From contig JAIZWK010000001.1 in NCBI GenBank assembly GCA_021498095.1, forward strand, positions 2,490,001 to 2,522,000: a stretch of DNA of 32,000 nt. Reading direction: 5' to 3'. A model generated the notes under the pieces. The model did no database searches and was not told the origin of the DNA. It worked only from the letters and a program-made list of their open reading frames with translations. Below are positions 18,474-27,000 of this stretch, one piece after another. The position numbers were made by a program, and so were the translations under genes. The DNA is from Candidatus Harpocratesius repetitus. GTDB taxonomy: Archaea; Asgardarchaeota; Lokiarchaeia; Sigyniarchaeales; Promethearchaeaceae. Each line of letters starts with the position of its first letter. Position 1 is the first letter of the stretch.

Positions 18474-20738
18474 ATGCTCAGGCAAGTAATTTTATATTTT
18501 CAAAATGAAATAATATTTACTCATATTTTTGCACAAGCTTATTCAAAAGAAACGCTTGAATTAGTTTTAACTAAAAAATTAATTGGATATATTGAAAAAC
18601 CATCGAGAGGTCAGACCTTTAATAAACCTCTTTTCGATTTTCAAGCGCATTTTGGAATGTTTGGTAATGTATTTTTTCTATATATTACAGATATGAGTGA
18701 TCGTCCAAAAGTTATTGCTAAAGAAATACAACGTGCTGCGCGCATGTTTCAAAAATATTTTCCAGATCCATTAGAAATTAAAAATCCATCGGTGCAAAAA
18801 GAAGAATTTATTAAGTTTATCAACGAAACTCATTACTTTCTGCATCCTAAAATTTGTTTAATGGGTCCAAATTATACAGATCGACAACAGATAGTAGATT
18901 ATTTAAAATTAAGCCCAGAACCTGATAAAAGAATAATGAATTTTGCAGTATATCATCAAATTCAAATTGGAACACTCTTTTTGGATTTATGGAACTTTAT
19001 TGAAAAGGATACTCTTTCACCATTATGGAATAATTACGTTCGCGGTTCTGATATGATTTTATTCATTCTAGATGGAACTAGTCAAGAATTAAATGAACAT
19101 TCTCTGAAATTTTTTCACTCACTACGCTTAAGAGAGGGAAAATACAGTAAATCGGCTATATTCCTAACACATGCACATCAACCTTCTTTCATTGGTAAAG
19201 AAAATCTAATTTCAAAGTTTCCTTTTTTAGAAAAATATCCTATTTTTGAAATTGATTTGGATGATGGAGATGGAAAAGATCAATTAATAAATGCTATGAG
19301 TGTTGCTATCGGTTTAAAGCAACCATTACCTCCAGAGTTTAAAATAAAACTTAAGAAAGCAAATGATTTCGTGGGTCAACAAAAATATCAAGATGCTTTG
19401 AATTTATTAAAAGATTTAATTCAAATATGCGAAAAATATCAAGAATTTAATTATATTGACGTTTTTCAAAATAAAATAAAAGAGTTGCAAGAAAAGCAGA
19501 AAGAAAAACAACTTCAAGAAGAAATTGAAAGAAAAAAAATAAAAGCTCCAAAGAAAATATCTTTTGGAAAATTTAAAGGTGCAAAAACACTCCCAACAGA
19601 TTTAAAAGGTAAAATTCTTCCTGATCTCAGCAAATTAAAGAAAGTCAGCACAAAATCCAAAGATAAACAATCGAGTTCAGAACCATTATCGCATATTTCT
19701 TCTTCATATTCATCCACTGATAAGAATGTAAGTGAATCTTTACCGAAATCGTCTGGAAATGAAGGTATATTACAAGATATTGATTCAGCAAATCCATTTT
19801 TTAGTGGATTAAGTTCATCAAAATCTATAAAAACTTCTCAAGAAAAAAAAGATGAAAAATCAAATCAAACATCAAATCATGCATCAAATCAAGCATCAAA
19901 TCCATTCTTTACTGGAATCCCAAATGTTGATCCTGGTAAAATGTTATCAAAGAAATCCATAGACGACAAATCTTCCCATGAATCTAAAAAAGATTCAACA
20001 GATCATTCTGATGAAAATCCTGATTTATTATTTGAAAATGAAATTGAGAAATTATTGAAAGAGCACGATAAGATTAAAGACATAAGCAACGATTTGGATT
20101 TTTTTGAAGAATTACAGGCAGATCATGATAAAGAAAAACAAAATTGGCAGAATAAACCCGAAGGAGTTAAATATCAATCAAATGGCACTAAATCTTCTAT
20201 TCAGGAAGAGAAAAGGGAAGCAATTCCAAATATCGAATCAGGTGCATCTATCGATACTTTTAAAATACGTAATTATTCTGTTAATCCAATCGATCTTTCT
20301 GGCGCGCCATTACCAGAAAATCATGAAAAAGCTGAAGAAAGACCTAATCCATTCTTATCAAATCTTTCAAAACAAAAAAAGGGGTATACAAGACGTAAAA
20401 CACTTACCTTCGAAGCATCGCCATTAGTTTCTTCAGAACAAAAGAAACCAAAAGTAAATATTCAAAAAACAAGAACAACCACTCCATTTATAGAGCGAAA
20501 TCCACTTCAGCAATTTACCCTTGAAAAATCACCACTGACACCAAAAAAAATTCTTACCCCCGCTGAAAAATTAGAACAGACTATTTTGATAAAAGGTGAG
20601 ACTTTAGCATTGGATTTATGTGAGAAATTCATTTCACAACTCCGTATTAAACTAAAGCGTACAATTACTGATGCTGATATTGAAAAGGTAGCAGATCTTT
20701 ATGTAAAGCAAAAACGACAAAAAGCCAATCAAAAATAG
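18474..20738 (+). CDS. Longin-like domain + degenerate Arf/Rab-like small GTPase domain + helical/coiled region + long disordered NPF-containing tail + small C-terminal helical domain
   Basis: MLRQVILYFQNEIIFTHIF...FFLYITD...IAKEIQRAARMF is longin-like. PKICLMG...LDLW...LWNNYVRGSDMILFILDG is a small-GTPase scaffold with substituted G1/G3/G4. Confidence 0.78.
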   Translation: MLRQVILYFQNEIIFTHIFAQAYSKETLELVLTKKLIGYIEKPSRGQTFNKPLFDFQAHFGMFGNVFFLYITDMSDRPKVIAKEIQRAARMFQKYFPDPLEIKNPSVQKEEFIKFINETHYFLHPKICLMGPNYTDRQQIVDYLKLSPEPDKRIMNFAVYHQIQIGTLFLDLWNFIEKDTLSPLWNNYVRGSDMILFILDGTSQELNEHSLKFFHSLRLREGKYSKSAIFLTHAHQPSFIGKENLISKFPFLEKYPIFEIDLDDGDGKDQLINAMSVAIGLKQPLPPEFKIKLKKANDFVGQQKYQDALNLLKDLIQICEKYQEFNYIDVFQNKIKELQEKQKEKQLQEEIERKKIKAPKKISFGKFKGAKTLPTDLKGKILPDLSKLKKVSTKSKDKQSSSEPLSHISSSYSSTDKNVSESLPKSSGNEGILQDIDSANPFFSGLSSSKSIKTSQEKKDEKSNQTSNHASNQASNPFFTGIPNVDPGKMLSKKSIDDKSSHESKKDSTDHSDENPDLLFENEIEKLLKEHDKIKDISNDLDFFEELQADHDKEKQNWQNKPEGVKYQSNGTKSSIQEEKREAIPNIESGASIDTFKIRNYSVNPIDLSGAPLPENHEKAEERPNPFLSNLSKQKKGYTRRKTLTFEASPLVSSEQKKPKVNIQKTRTTTPFIERNPLQQFTLEKSPLTPKKILTPAEKLEQTILIKGETLALDLCEKFISQLRIKLKRTITDADIEKVADLYVKQKRQKANQK
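19859..19902 (+). repeat. 12-bp in-frame imperfect tandem repeat (SNQT-SNHA-SNQA-SNP)
   Basis: ATCAAATC core at 19859, 19871, 19883 and 19895. Confidence 0.8.
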
Positions 20739-20786
20739 ATTGTTTTCGTCTATGAAAAATTAAGAACCAACAGAAGGCCAAAGATT

Positions 20787-21188
20787 CTATATATACAATA
20801 ATATTGATTGCTTTAGCTCTTCATTCTGCAGATAATGATTAACTGATGTTTCAGAAGAACGGAAAACAGCACGGGATAGAATATGGGCGATGTTTCGGTT
20901 TAATCTGGTTGATTTAGTATTTATTGAGCGCTTCATGTATGATTTTTTGAGTAAGAATATAAAAGCTCGAGTACATTCTTTAATATTTTTAATTTTAAAT
21001 TAATTTTCTTTCCAGTTTTTTTTCTGCTGAAGTAGAGCGACCGCTTTTATATTACTGTTTGAATGTTTTATCAATTTTCTTTACTCAAAATTCTTTCTGG
21101 CTGTATATTCTGATAAAGATATTTGATTATTATCCGAGGTTTTTATTTTAATTTTACTTGTTGACTTTTCTAAATGTATTGTTCTCAT
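20787..21188 (-). pseudogene. Possible degraded ORF (134 codons with two internal TAA) downstream of the LRR gene
   Basis: ATG 21188 lies 12 nt after the LRR stop, and one frame runs to TAG 20787-20789 with only two internal stops. No family recognised. Confidence 0.25.
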
Positions 21189-21200
21189 TTATCAGAAGAT

Positions 21201-22139
21201 TTACATTATAATCTCATAGCCGCTTTTTAATTTAAACTTAGGCCGAAAGTTTTTCTCCCACCTTATATATTCCTCTCGCAGTTCTTTTTCTGGAATTTGC
21301 TCCGCAGCAATTAATGCATAATCCATAAATTTAATCCGCTCAGCGGTCCAGACGGTTTCAAACCCGTATTCTTCAAAAAATAGTTTCTCCCATTCCTTAT
21401 AACGCTCGATATTCTCCTGTTTTCGGGGATGGATGAAAGAATCAAAATCATACATGAATGATTCGCTGTTTTCAAACTGGGTGCAGTCCCAGAACTCAAT
21501 TGGCAGAAATGAAATATGTGGGATGTGAGGAAGATTTGAAATGTTAATCCATAGTTCAGGATTATGGGTAAATTCAATCGGAATCTCCTTTACTTCCCGC
21601 AAACTCCATAATTCCAATTTTTCTAATGAAATGCTGAATGCCCAATTGATTGGAATCTGCTTCATGCGGTGCTTTCCGTCATTTTTCGGCGGCAGCGTTA
21701 TTTTTTCACCATCGAACATATTTTCATAACGCTCGTTATAAAAGTCTTCACCGATTGAAATTTTCCGCAGTCGATAGCAGTGGGCGAAATCTATGTTGTA
21801 GTCATCTAAAACTGCAGCAATTGTTGTGAATTTTTCCAAATGTTGGTATTGATCGTATTTTAGGGGTATTTTCAGATTTGGAAAGTTAAAAATTAGAATT
21901 GATTCTATTTTAGGCGGCCATTTAACTACTCGCAGTTGATTTTCTCCAGATATTTCAATTTCTCTGCAGTTGGTAAAAGCCGAAAAATCCACATCATTAT
22001 TGGAATAAATACAATCATATACTTTTAGTTTGTAAATTTTATCCACATCTTTCAATTTTTTGATATCGAATACTTCACCTGCAATTGTCAATACTTTTTT
22101 TTTCATCGTGATAATCGTATCTTGTATATGCCAAAGCAT
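21201..22139 (-). CDS. Leucine-rich-repeat-like protein
   Basis: LxxLxI-type repeats: FTNCREIEISG, IESILIFNFPNL, HCYRLRKISIG, ISLEKLELWSLREV; strong SD upstream. Confidence 0.65.
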   Translation of the reverse strand: MLWHIQDTIITMKKKVLTIAGEVFDIKKLKDVDKIYKLKVYDCIYSNNDVDFSAFTNCREIEISGENQLRVVKWPPKIESILIFNFPNLKIPLKYDQYQHLEKFTTIAAVLDDYNIDFAHCYRLRKISIGEDFYNERYENMFDGEKITLPPKNDGKHRMKQIPINWAFSISLEKLELWSLREVKEIPIEFTHNPELWINISNLPHIPHISFLPIEFWDCTQFENSESFMYDFDSFIHPRKQENIERYKEWEKLFFEEYGFETVWTAERIKFMDYALIAAEQIPEKELREEYIRWEKNFRPKFKLKSGYEIIM

Positions 22140-22144
22140 TAATT

Positions 22145-22152
22145 ACCTCCTT
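22145..22152 (-). promoter_or_regulatory. Perfect Shine-Dalgarno AAGGAGGT, 5 nt before ATG 22139
   Basis: Plus strand ACCTCCTT at 22145-22152. Confidence 0.8.
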
Positions 22153-22233
22153 AACCCTTTTGTTTCATTAATTTTCCCTTTTTTCCTGTATACCTTTATT
22201 TTCTTATCCAATGTATATAAAAAAAACGATATT

Positions 22234-22259
22234 AAAAAATTAACCCGCTCTTGGGCGAA
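22234..22259 (-). terminator. Weak GC hairpin + T-run after ORF 22268..23113
   Basis: Minus strand TTCGCCCAAGAGCGGGTTAATTTTTT; the stem is short (3-4 bp plus wobble pairs). Confidence 0.3.
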
Positions 22260-22267
22260 CTTATTTT

Positions 22268-23113
22268 TTATCCGACAAATCCCTCAATCGCATTTAAATA
22301 TGCATCAAAATTATTCATGGCACTTTCATCCGCATACTCTTCGTAGTATAAGCGCATCTCGTTTTTGTACTTCAAAAAGTATGCGAAACACTGCTTCAGC
22401 ATCAGTAACTGCGAATTTGAATTGAATATGCTCACTGGATTTTCAATCTGTGCGTACCACCGGTCAAGTCGGGAGTCAAATTGAATGTTGCCGTTCTCAT
22501 CCAAAGTGGGAACGAAGTATTTAATTGACTTCTTCTTACTTATTTTAATTGTTATTGTTTCACCTTTAACGCCGAATGCCTTGATGATGCCTTCAATTCG
22601 GTTCCATGTGGCAATGTATGCATTACTAATACCACTTTTTCCTTTCATCATCAACTTAATATCGTTGTAAAACCTTTTCTTTTTTAAATATGATTTTTTC
22701 AAATCCTGTTCGGATGAATGCAGTGAATACTGCTCATAAACCCACCTTGCCAGCACAGCCACCACATCTCGAATGCTGGAGCCTTGAAATTTTGCAAGAT
22801 TGCGGAGGTTGAAAAAGGCACGACCGTCTTCAAGTTCAATCAGCACCATTTTAGAGGCATCTCCACCAATTTTTTTATCTTCCATCATTTTCGTAAATGT
22901 ATTAATACCATCTTGATTTTCAAATATGTTTATCATGGATAAGCCGTTTTGGAAGGCGGTCCAAACCTTGCGCGCCTTTTCTGTATAATATTCGGTATCG
23001 CTTGCATCTGCTTCATGCATCCCTACGCCGTAAATACCGGGATACCGCCAATTCACCGCCCCGCCGTCCGATCCAAGTAAATTCAGCATATTCTCAAATA
23101 CCAGAAAATCCAT
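22268..23113 (-). CDS. Hypothetical soluble protein, probably the 3' part of a longer 5'-truncated gene
   Basis: 281 aa from ATG 23113; the frame stays open without ATG for 50 more codons to the TAA at 23264-23266; locally higher GC. Confidence 0.7.
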   Translation of the reverse strand: MDFLVFENMLNLLGSDGGAVNWRYPGIYGVGMHEADASDTEYYTEKARKVWTAFQNGLSMINIFENQDGINTFTKMMEDKKIGGDASKMVLIELEDGRAFFNLRNLAKFQGSSIRDVVAVLARWVYEQYSLHSSEQDLKKSYLKKKRFYNDIKLMMKGKSGISNAYIATWNRIEGIIKAFGVKGETITIKISKKKSIKYFVPTLDENGNIQFDSRLDRWYAQIENPVSIFNSNSQLLMLKQCFAYFLKYKNEMRLYYEEYADESAMNNFDAYLNAIEGFVG

Positions 23114-23287
23114 AACGAAGCGCTCAATTCCATTATTTATTTTGGGTTTGTTGGTTTTCCTTTCTGAATTAAGGAGAGTAAAAGTTAAATGAAGATTGGG
23201 TATTATATTGCCTTGATCTTCTCTTCTCAGAATAAAACGGTTGATCTGGGCACAATGATCAGATTAACAGAATTATAAGAAATAGAG

Positions 23288-23569
23288 ATGTTCATCATGA
23301 AAAAATTAGAAAAATTACAGCGGGATTTAAAAGTATTAAAACGAAAGATGTCGCAGTTAGAAATTGAACAAAAGAAACTTTCCACAGATAAGCGTGTAAG
23401 AAGTCGTGCTGTTCATGGAAAAAAAGAAGCTGAAGAAATTGATAAAAAAATAAAACACATTATCTTAGAGAAACGGAGAATTCTTCAGAAAGAGAAAAAA
23501 ATTAAAGCAAAAATTAAATCTCTTGAGAAAAAACTGAAACCTGAATCAACACAAGAAAAGAAATCCTGA
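23288..23569 (+). CDS. Small basic coiled-coil protein
   Basis: 93 aa, K/E/R-rich with heptad pattern. Confidence 0.7.
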   Translation: MFIMKKLEKLQRDLKVLKRKMSQLEIEQKKLSTDKRVRSRAVHGKKEAEEIDKKIKHIILEKRRILQKEKKIKAKIKSLEKKLKPESTQEKKS

Positions 23570-23633
23570 ATTTAATGTTTTTCATAATTACAAGATTATT
23601 TTTCAACTTCTTTTTAAGAAGTTTTATTCTTTT

Positions 23634-23714
23634 TAATCTTAATTATTAATCTTCAATTTTTAATCTCAATTTTTAATCTCAATTTTTGATCTTCAATTTT
23701 TAATCTTTAATTTT
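23634..23714. repeat. Intergenic 13-14-bp imperfect tandem repeat x6 (TAATCT(T)CAATTTT)
   Basis: Unit starts at 23634, 23647, 23661, 23674, 23687 and 23701. Confidence 0.9.
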
Positions 23715-23979
23715 TTTCACCAAATATACTTGCATTTTTTTACGTCAACTAATTATTCATCTATTTTTTTTATAAAAATGTCATAATATATTCTAAAATT
23801 AAGGGTGGAAAAGTATTTTGCAATCAATCTGAAATTAATTTTTTAAATACAGCAAATCAGTGCATACTTTTTTAAATTTCATGAATAATATTAAAATGAT
23901 GATTCTATTCATAGAGAAATCTATGAAAGAATTCCAAAAAGCCCGAAATGGGAAAAAACAAAAATAAACAAAAAAACAC

Positions 23980-25962
23980 TTGATGAGAATGCAAATTCAA
24001 CGAGTAAAAATTCAAAATTATAGAACGATGAAGAAATGCACGTGCTTTTTATTTCCATATATGGTATTCGTAGGGAAAAATAATGCAGGTAAATCTAATC
24101 TTATGAAAGCATTGAACGTTTTTTTTCATAACAATGCTACTCTTGAAGACTTTCGTATAGAAAAAGGGAAAAGAGTAAGGGCTTTTTCTATAATTCTAAC
24201 ATTTAAAAATTTAAACCAAGAAGAAAAAGAATTGTTTAAAGATTTTATCTATAATCCTGGATCTACTTCTGAAAAAGTCGTGATTCGATTTAATGCAAAA
24301 AGAAATGGCGAAGTTATTCACTCTGAATATACATTTGCTTTTAAAACATTAGATCCTTCAACTGAAGATGAAAAAAAGAAGTATCTTTTTTTAGATGATG
24401 AAGGTTTAAATACTAAATCTAAACTTCTGAAAGCTTCAAATGTTCCTGATGATTTTAAAGAAAAAATTGAAAAAATCTCTGAACAACTCTCTTCAGGAGA
24501 AAGATTTTCAAAAAAGCATATTATTCGCGCAAAAAGAGAATATATTGATGAGATAATCAAGAAGGAAAAAATTCATTCTAAAATAATATGGGAACCATTA
24601 GCAATAAAGAAGACAGATTTTGAACGCTATTTTGGGCATTATTTTTTCATTCCGGCGGTGCAGGATATTACACAAGAAACAACATTTTCTGCAAAAGGAA
24701 ATACAAATATTTCCAAATTAATGCGTTATATCTTTGCTCAAATGCAGAATCAAGATCGACAGCAGCAATATGAAGCAGAGATTCGAAGAATTATTCAAGA
24801 AATTTACAGAATTAATAAAGAAGATTCTGAAATAAACAAATTGCGCGAGGGATTAAATTCATATTTAAGTGATTTTGATGGTTCTCAAGTAAGATTCGAT
24901 ACGGAATTACCTTCAATAAATAAAGTCGTCCGTGATTCATTGAAGATCTTCATCAATGATGGTGTTGAAACTGAAGTGGAACATAAAGGACATGGTCTAC
25001 AGCGCTACTTTATGGTAATTTTGTTTAAAGCTTGGGCTAATAAACTCGTTCAAAAGAATAATTCTAATCCAACACAGACTTTAAAAGATGATAAATCAAA
25101 GATACTCGCTTCTTCTTCTTTGTTTTTCGCAATTGAGGAACCAGAATTATTCCTTCATCCTCAATATCAACGGTTGATGAAATATTACTTAAAAAATATC
25201 GCAGAAGCGCCAGATAATCAAGTAATATTAAATACTCATTCTCCAAATTTTATCGATTTTAAAGAATATAAGAAAGTAGCAAGAGTTGTTAAACCTATTC
25301 GAGATGGGGTACCATGCACAGAAATTATTCAACCTATTGAATATCGTAATGGAAAATTGGAATTTAAAGATTTAACACATGCACATGGTTCAGTTCCCGA
25401 AAAAAAAGAAAAATTTCATAAAATTAATGCGTTAAATCTCGATTATTTTATGGATCCACACAGAAACGAGTTATTTTTTGCTGATCGAGTTGTATTGGTG
25501 GAAGGTGAAACAGAAAAACTTATGTTTCAACAATGGGCTGAATATTTTCTCCCAAATGAAGCAGATCTTCTTGCTACCACCACATATATTGATATGGGGG
25601 GTAAATTTAATGCACAACTTTATGAAACGCTACTAAACGGTTTTGAAATTCCTTATGTAATAATTATTGATAATGATAAAGGATCTGAAGATCAAACTAT
25701 GAACTCTACGAATTATCATATTAAAAAAACTGCTGAAAAAGGTACAGGCACATACATTGAATTGGAAGGTGATTTTGAAGCCGAATTTGGAATTACAGGA
25801 CATGAATTAGATAGACATGGGCAAAAAAAGCATAAACCTTATGTTGCTTTTAAGACCTTTTTTGACGATAAAGGAAAACCAAAAAAAGAAGCTTTAGAAC
25901 GAATCCGAAAACATCCCAAGTGGAAAACGATTGTAAAAGCAATATATAATAAAGAAATCTAA
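23980..25962 (+). CDS. OLD-family ATP-dependent nuclease (ABC-type ATPase + TOPRIM); likely start ATG 23989
   Basis: MQIQRVKIQNYR, GKNNAGKS (Walker A), GHGLQRY, IEEPELFLHP (Walker B), NTHSP, TOPRIM LVEGETE and IDNDK. Confidence 0.92.
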   Translation: MMRMQIQRVKIQNYRTMKKCTCFLFPYMVFVGKNNAGKSNLMKALNVFFHNNATLEDFRIEKGKRVRAFSIILTFKNLNQEEKELFKDFIYNPGSTSEKVVIRFNAKRNGEVIHSEYTFAFKTLDPSTEDEKKKYLFLDDEGLNTKSKLLKASNVPDDFKEKIEKISEQLSSGERFSKKHIIRAKREYIDEIIKKEKIHSKIIWEPLAIKKTDFERYFGHYFFIPAVQDITQETTFSAKGNTNISKLMRYIFAQMQNQDRQQQYEAEIRRIIQEIYRINKEDSEINKLREGLNSYLSDFDGSQVRFDTELPSINKVVRDSLKIFINDGVETEVEHKGHGLQRYFMVILFKAWANKLVQKNNSNPTQTLKDDKSKILASSSLFFAIEEPELFLHPQYQRLMKYYLKNIAEAPDNQVILNTHSPNFIDFKEYKKVARVVKPIRDGVPCTEIIQPIEYRNGKLEFKDLTHAHGSVPEKKEKFHKINALNLDYFMDPHRNELFFADRVVLVEGETEKLMFQQWAEYFLPNEADLLATTTYIDMGGKFNAQLYETLLNGFEIPYVIIIDNDKGSEDQTMNSTNYHIKKTAEKGTGTYIELEGDFEAEFGITGHELDRHGQKKHKPYVAFKTFFDDKGKPKKEALERIRKHPKWKTIVKAIYNKEI

Positions 25963-26001
25963 TTTTTTCTTGATATTTATTTTTATTTCGCAATTTAATG
26001 A

Positions 26002-27000
26002 ACTTTTCTAAGATTTATTAGCGGAAGTTTCAGTATTTTAATGGTTTTTGTTAATAATTTTATCGTGTTTAATATTTTGGCTATCTTAATGGGTATTTTG
26101 GGTAATACAGGCGGCCCTGCCCAACAAGCTATGGTCGCTGATTTACTTCCTCCTGAAAAACAAGCAGAAGGTTTTGGAGCTCTTCGGGTTGCAGTTAATT
26201 TATCTGCAACAATTGGTCCAGCTATCGGAGGTCTTTTAGCTGCCTATTCTTATGTTTATTTATTTATTGCTGATGCCCTTACCAGTGGTATTACAGCGAT
26301 TATTGTTTTTAGAATAATACCAGAAACTAAACCTGAAAATCAAGGAAAAATAAAACATGAATCATTCATGGAGACGTTCCGTGGTTATAAAGTAGTGATC
26401 AGAGATTTGGTTTATATGGTATTTCTATTTATCTCTTCCATTATTGCATTAGTTTATATGCAAATGAATTCCACTCTTTCAGTGTTTTTACTCGATGAAC
26501 ATGGTTTCGTAGAAAAGAATTTTGGATTGTTGTTAAGTATGAATGCATTAATGGTTGTGTTATTTCAATTTTGGATTACCCGAAAAATTTCCCGCTTTCC
26601 TCCAATGATTATGATGGCTATTGGAGCGGGATTATATGCTATCGGATTTAGTATGTATGGTTATGTCTCCACTGCATTTTGGTTCTTTTTTGCAATGGGT
26701 GTGATTACTATCGGAGAGATGGTAATTTCTCCATTTGGACAGACTGTTGCAGCGCATTTTGCTCCTGAAGATAAGAGGGGTCGATATATGGCGTTTTACA
26801 GTTATTCTTGGATTATTCCTGCTCTGTTTGGTACGTTAGGTGCGGGGATTATTATGGATAATTATAATCCGAATTGGGTTTGGTTTTTAGGAGGAATCTT
26901 GGCAATCATTGCCACTTTTGGGTTTTTATTTTTACATTCTAAATCAAAGCATCGTTTTTCGCAATCAGAAACAGAACTTGATGTTGAAGTAATAAAATAG
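26002..27000 (+). pseudogene. N-terminally truncated MFS transporter (ORF from ATG 26041)
   Basis: Only 319 aa, starting around TM3/TM4 (GGPAQQAMVADLLPPEKQAEGFG), with no N-terminal motif A. The frame is closed upstream by TAA TGA at 25996-26001. Confidence 0.7.

Noticed and set aside
18474-20738. Active Ras/Arf GTPase or SRP receptor subunit
   Set aside because: G1, G3 and G4 motifs are all substituted, and there is no SRP NG-domain signature.
20787-21188. Stop-codon recoding of the internal TAA codons
   Set aside because: TAA terminates many clearly real genes in this window; decay or chance is simpler.
20739-23290. IS element or prophage call for the higher-GC insert
   Set aside because: No transposase, integrase, capsid gene, terminal inverted repeat or target-site duplication could be identified by eye.
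23980-25962. Gabija or retron system
   Set aside because: No UvrD-like GajB or reverse transcriptase is adjacent within the window.
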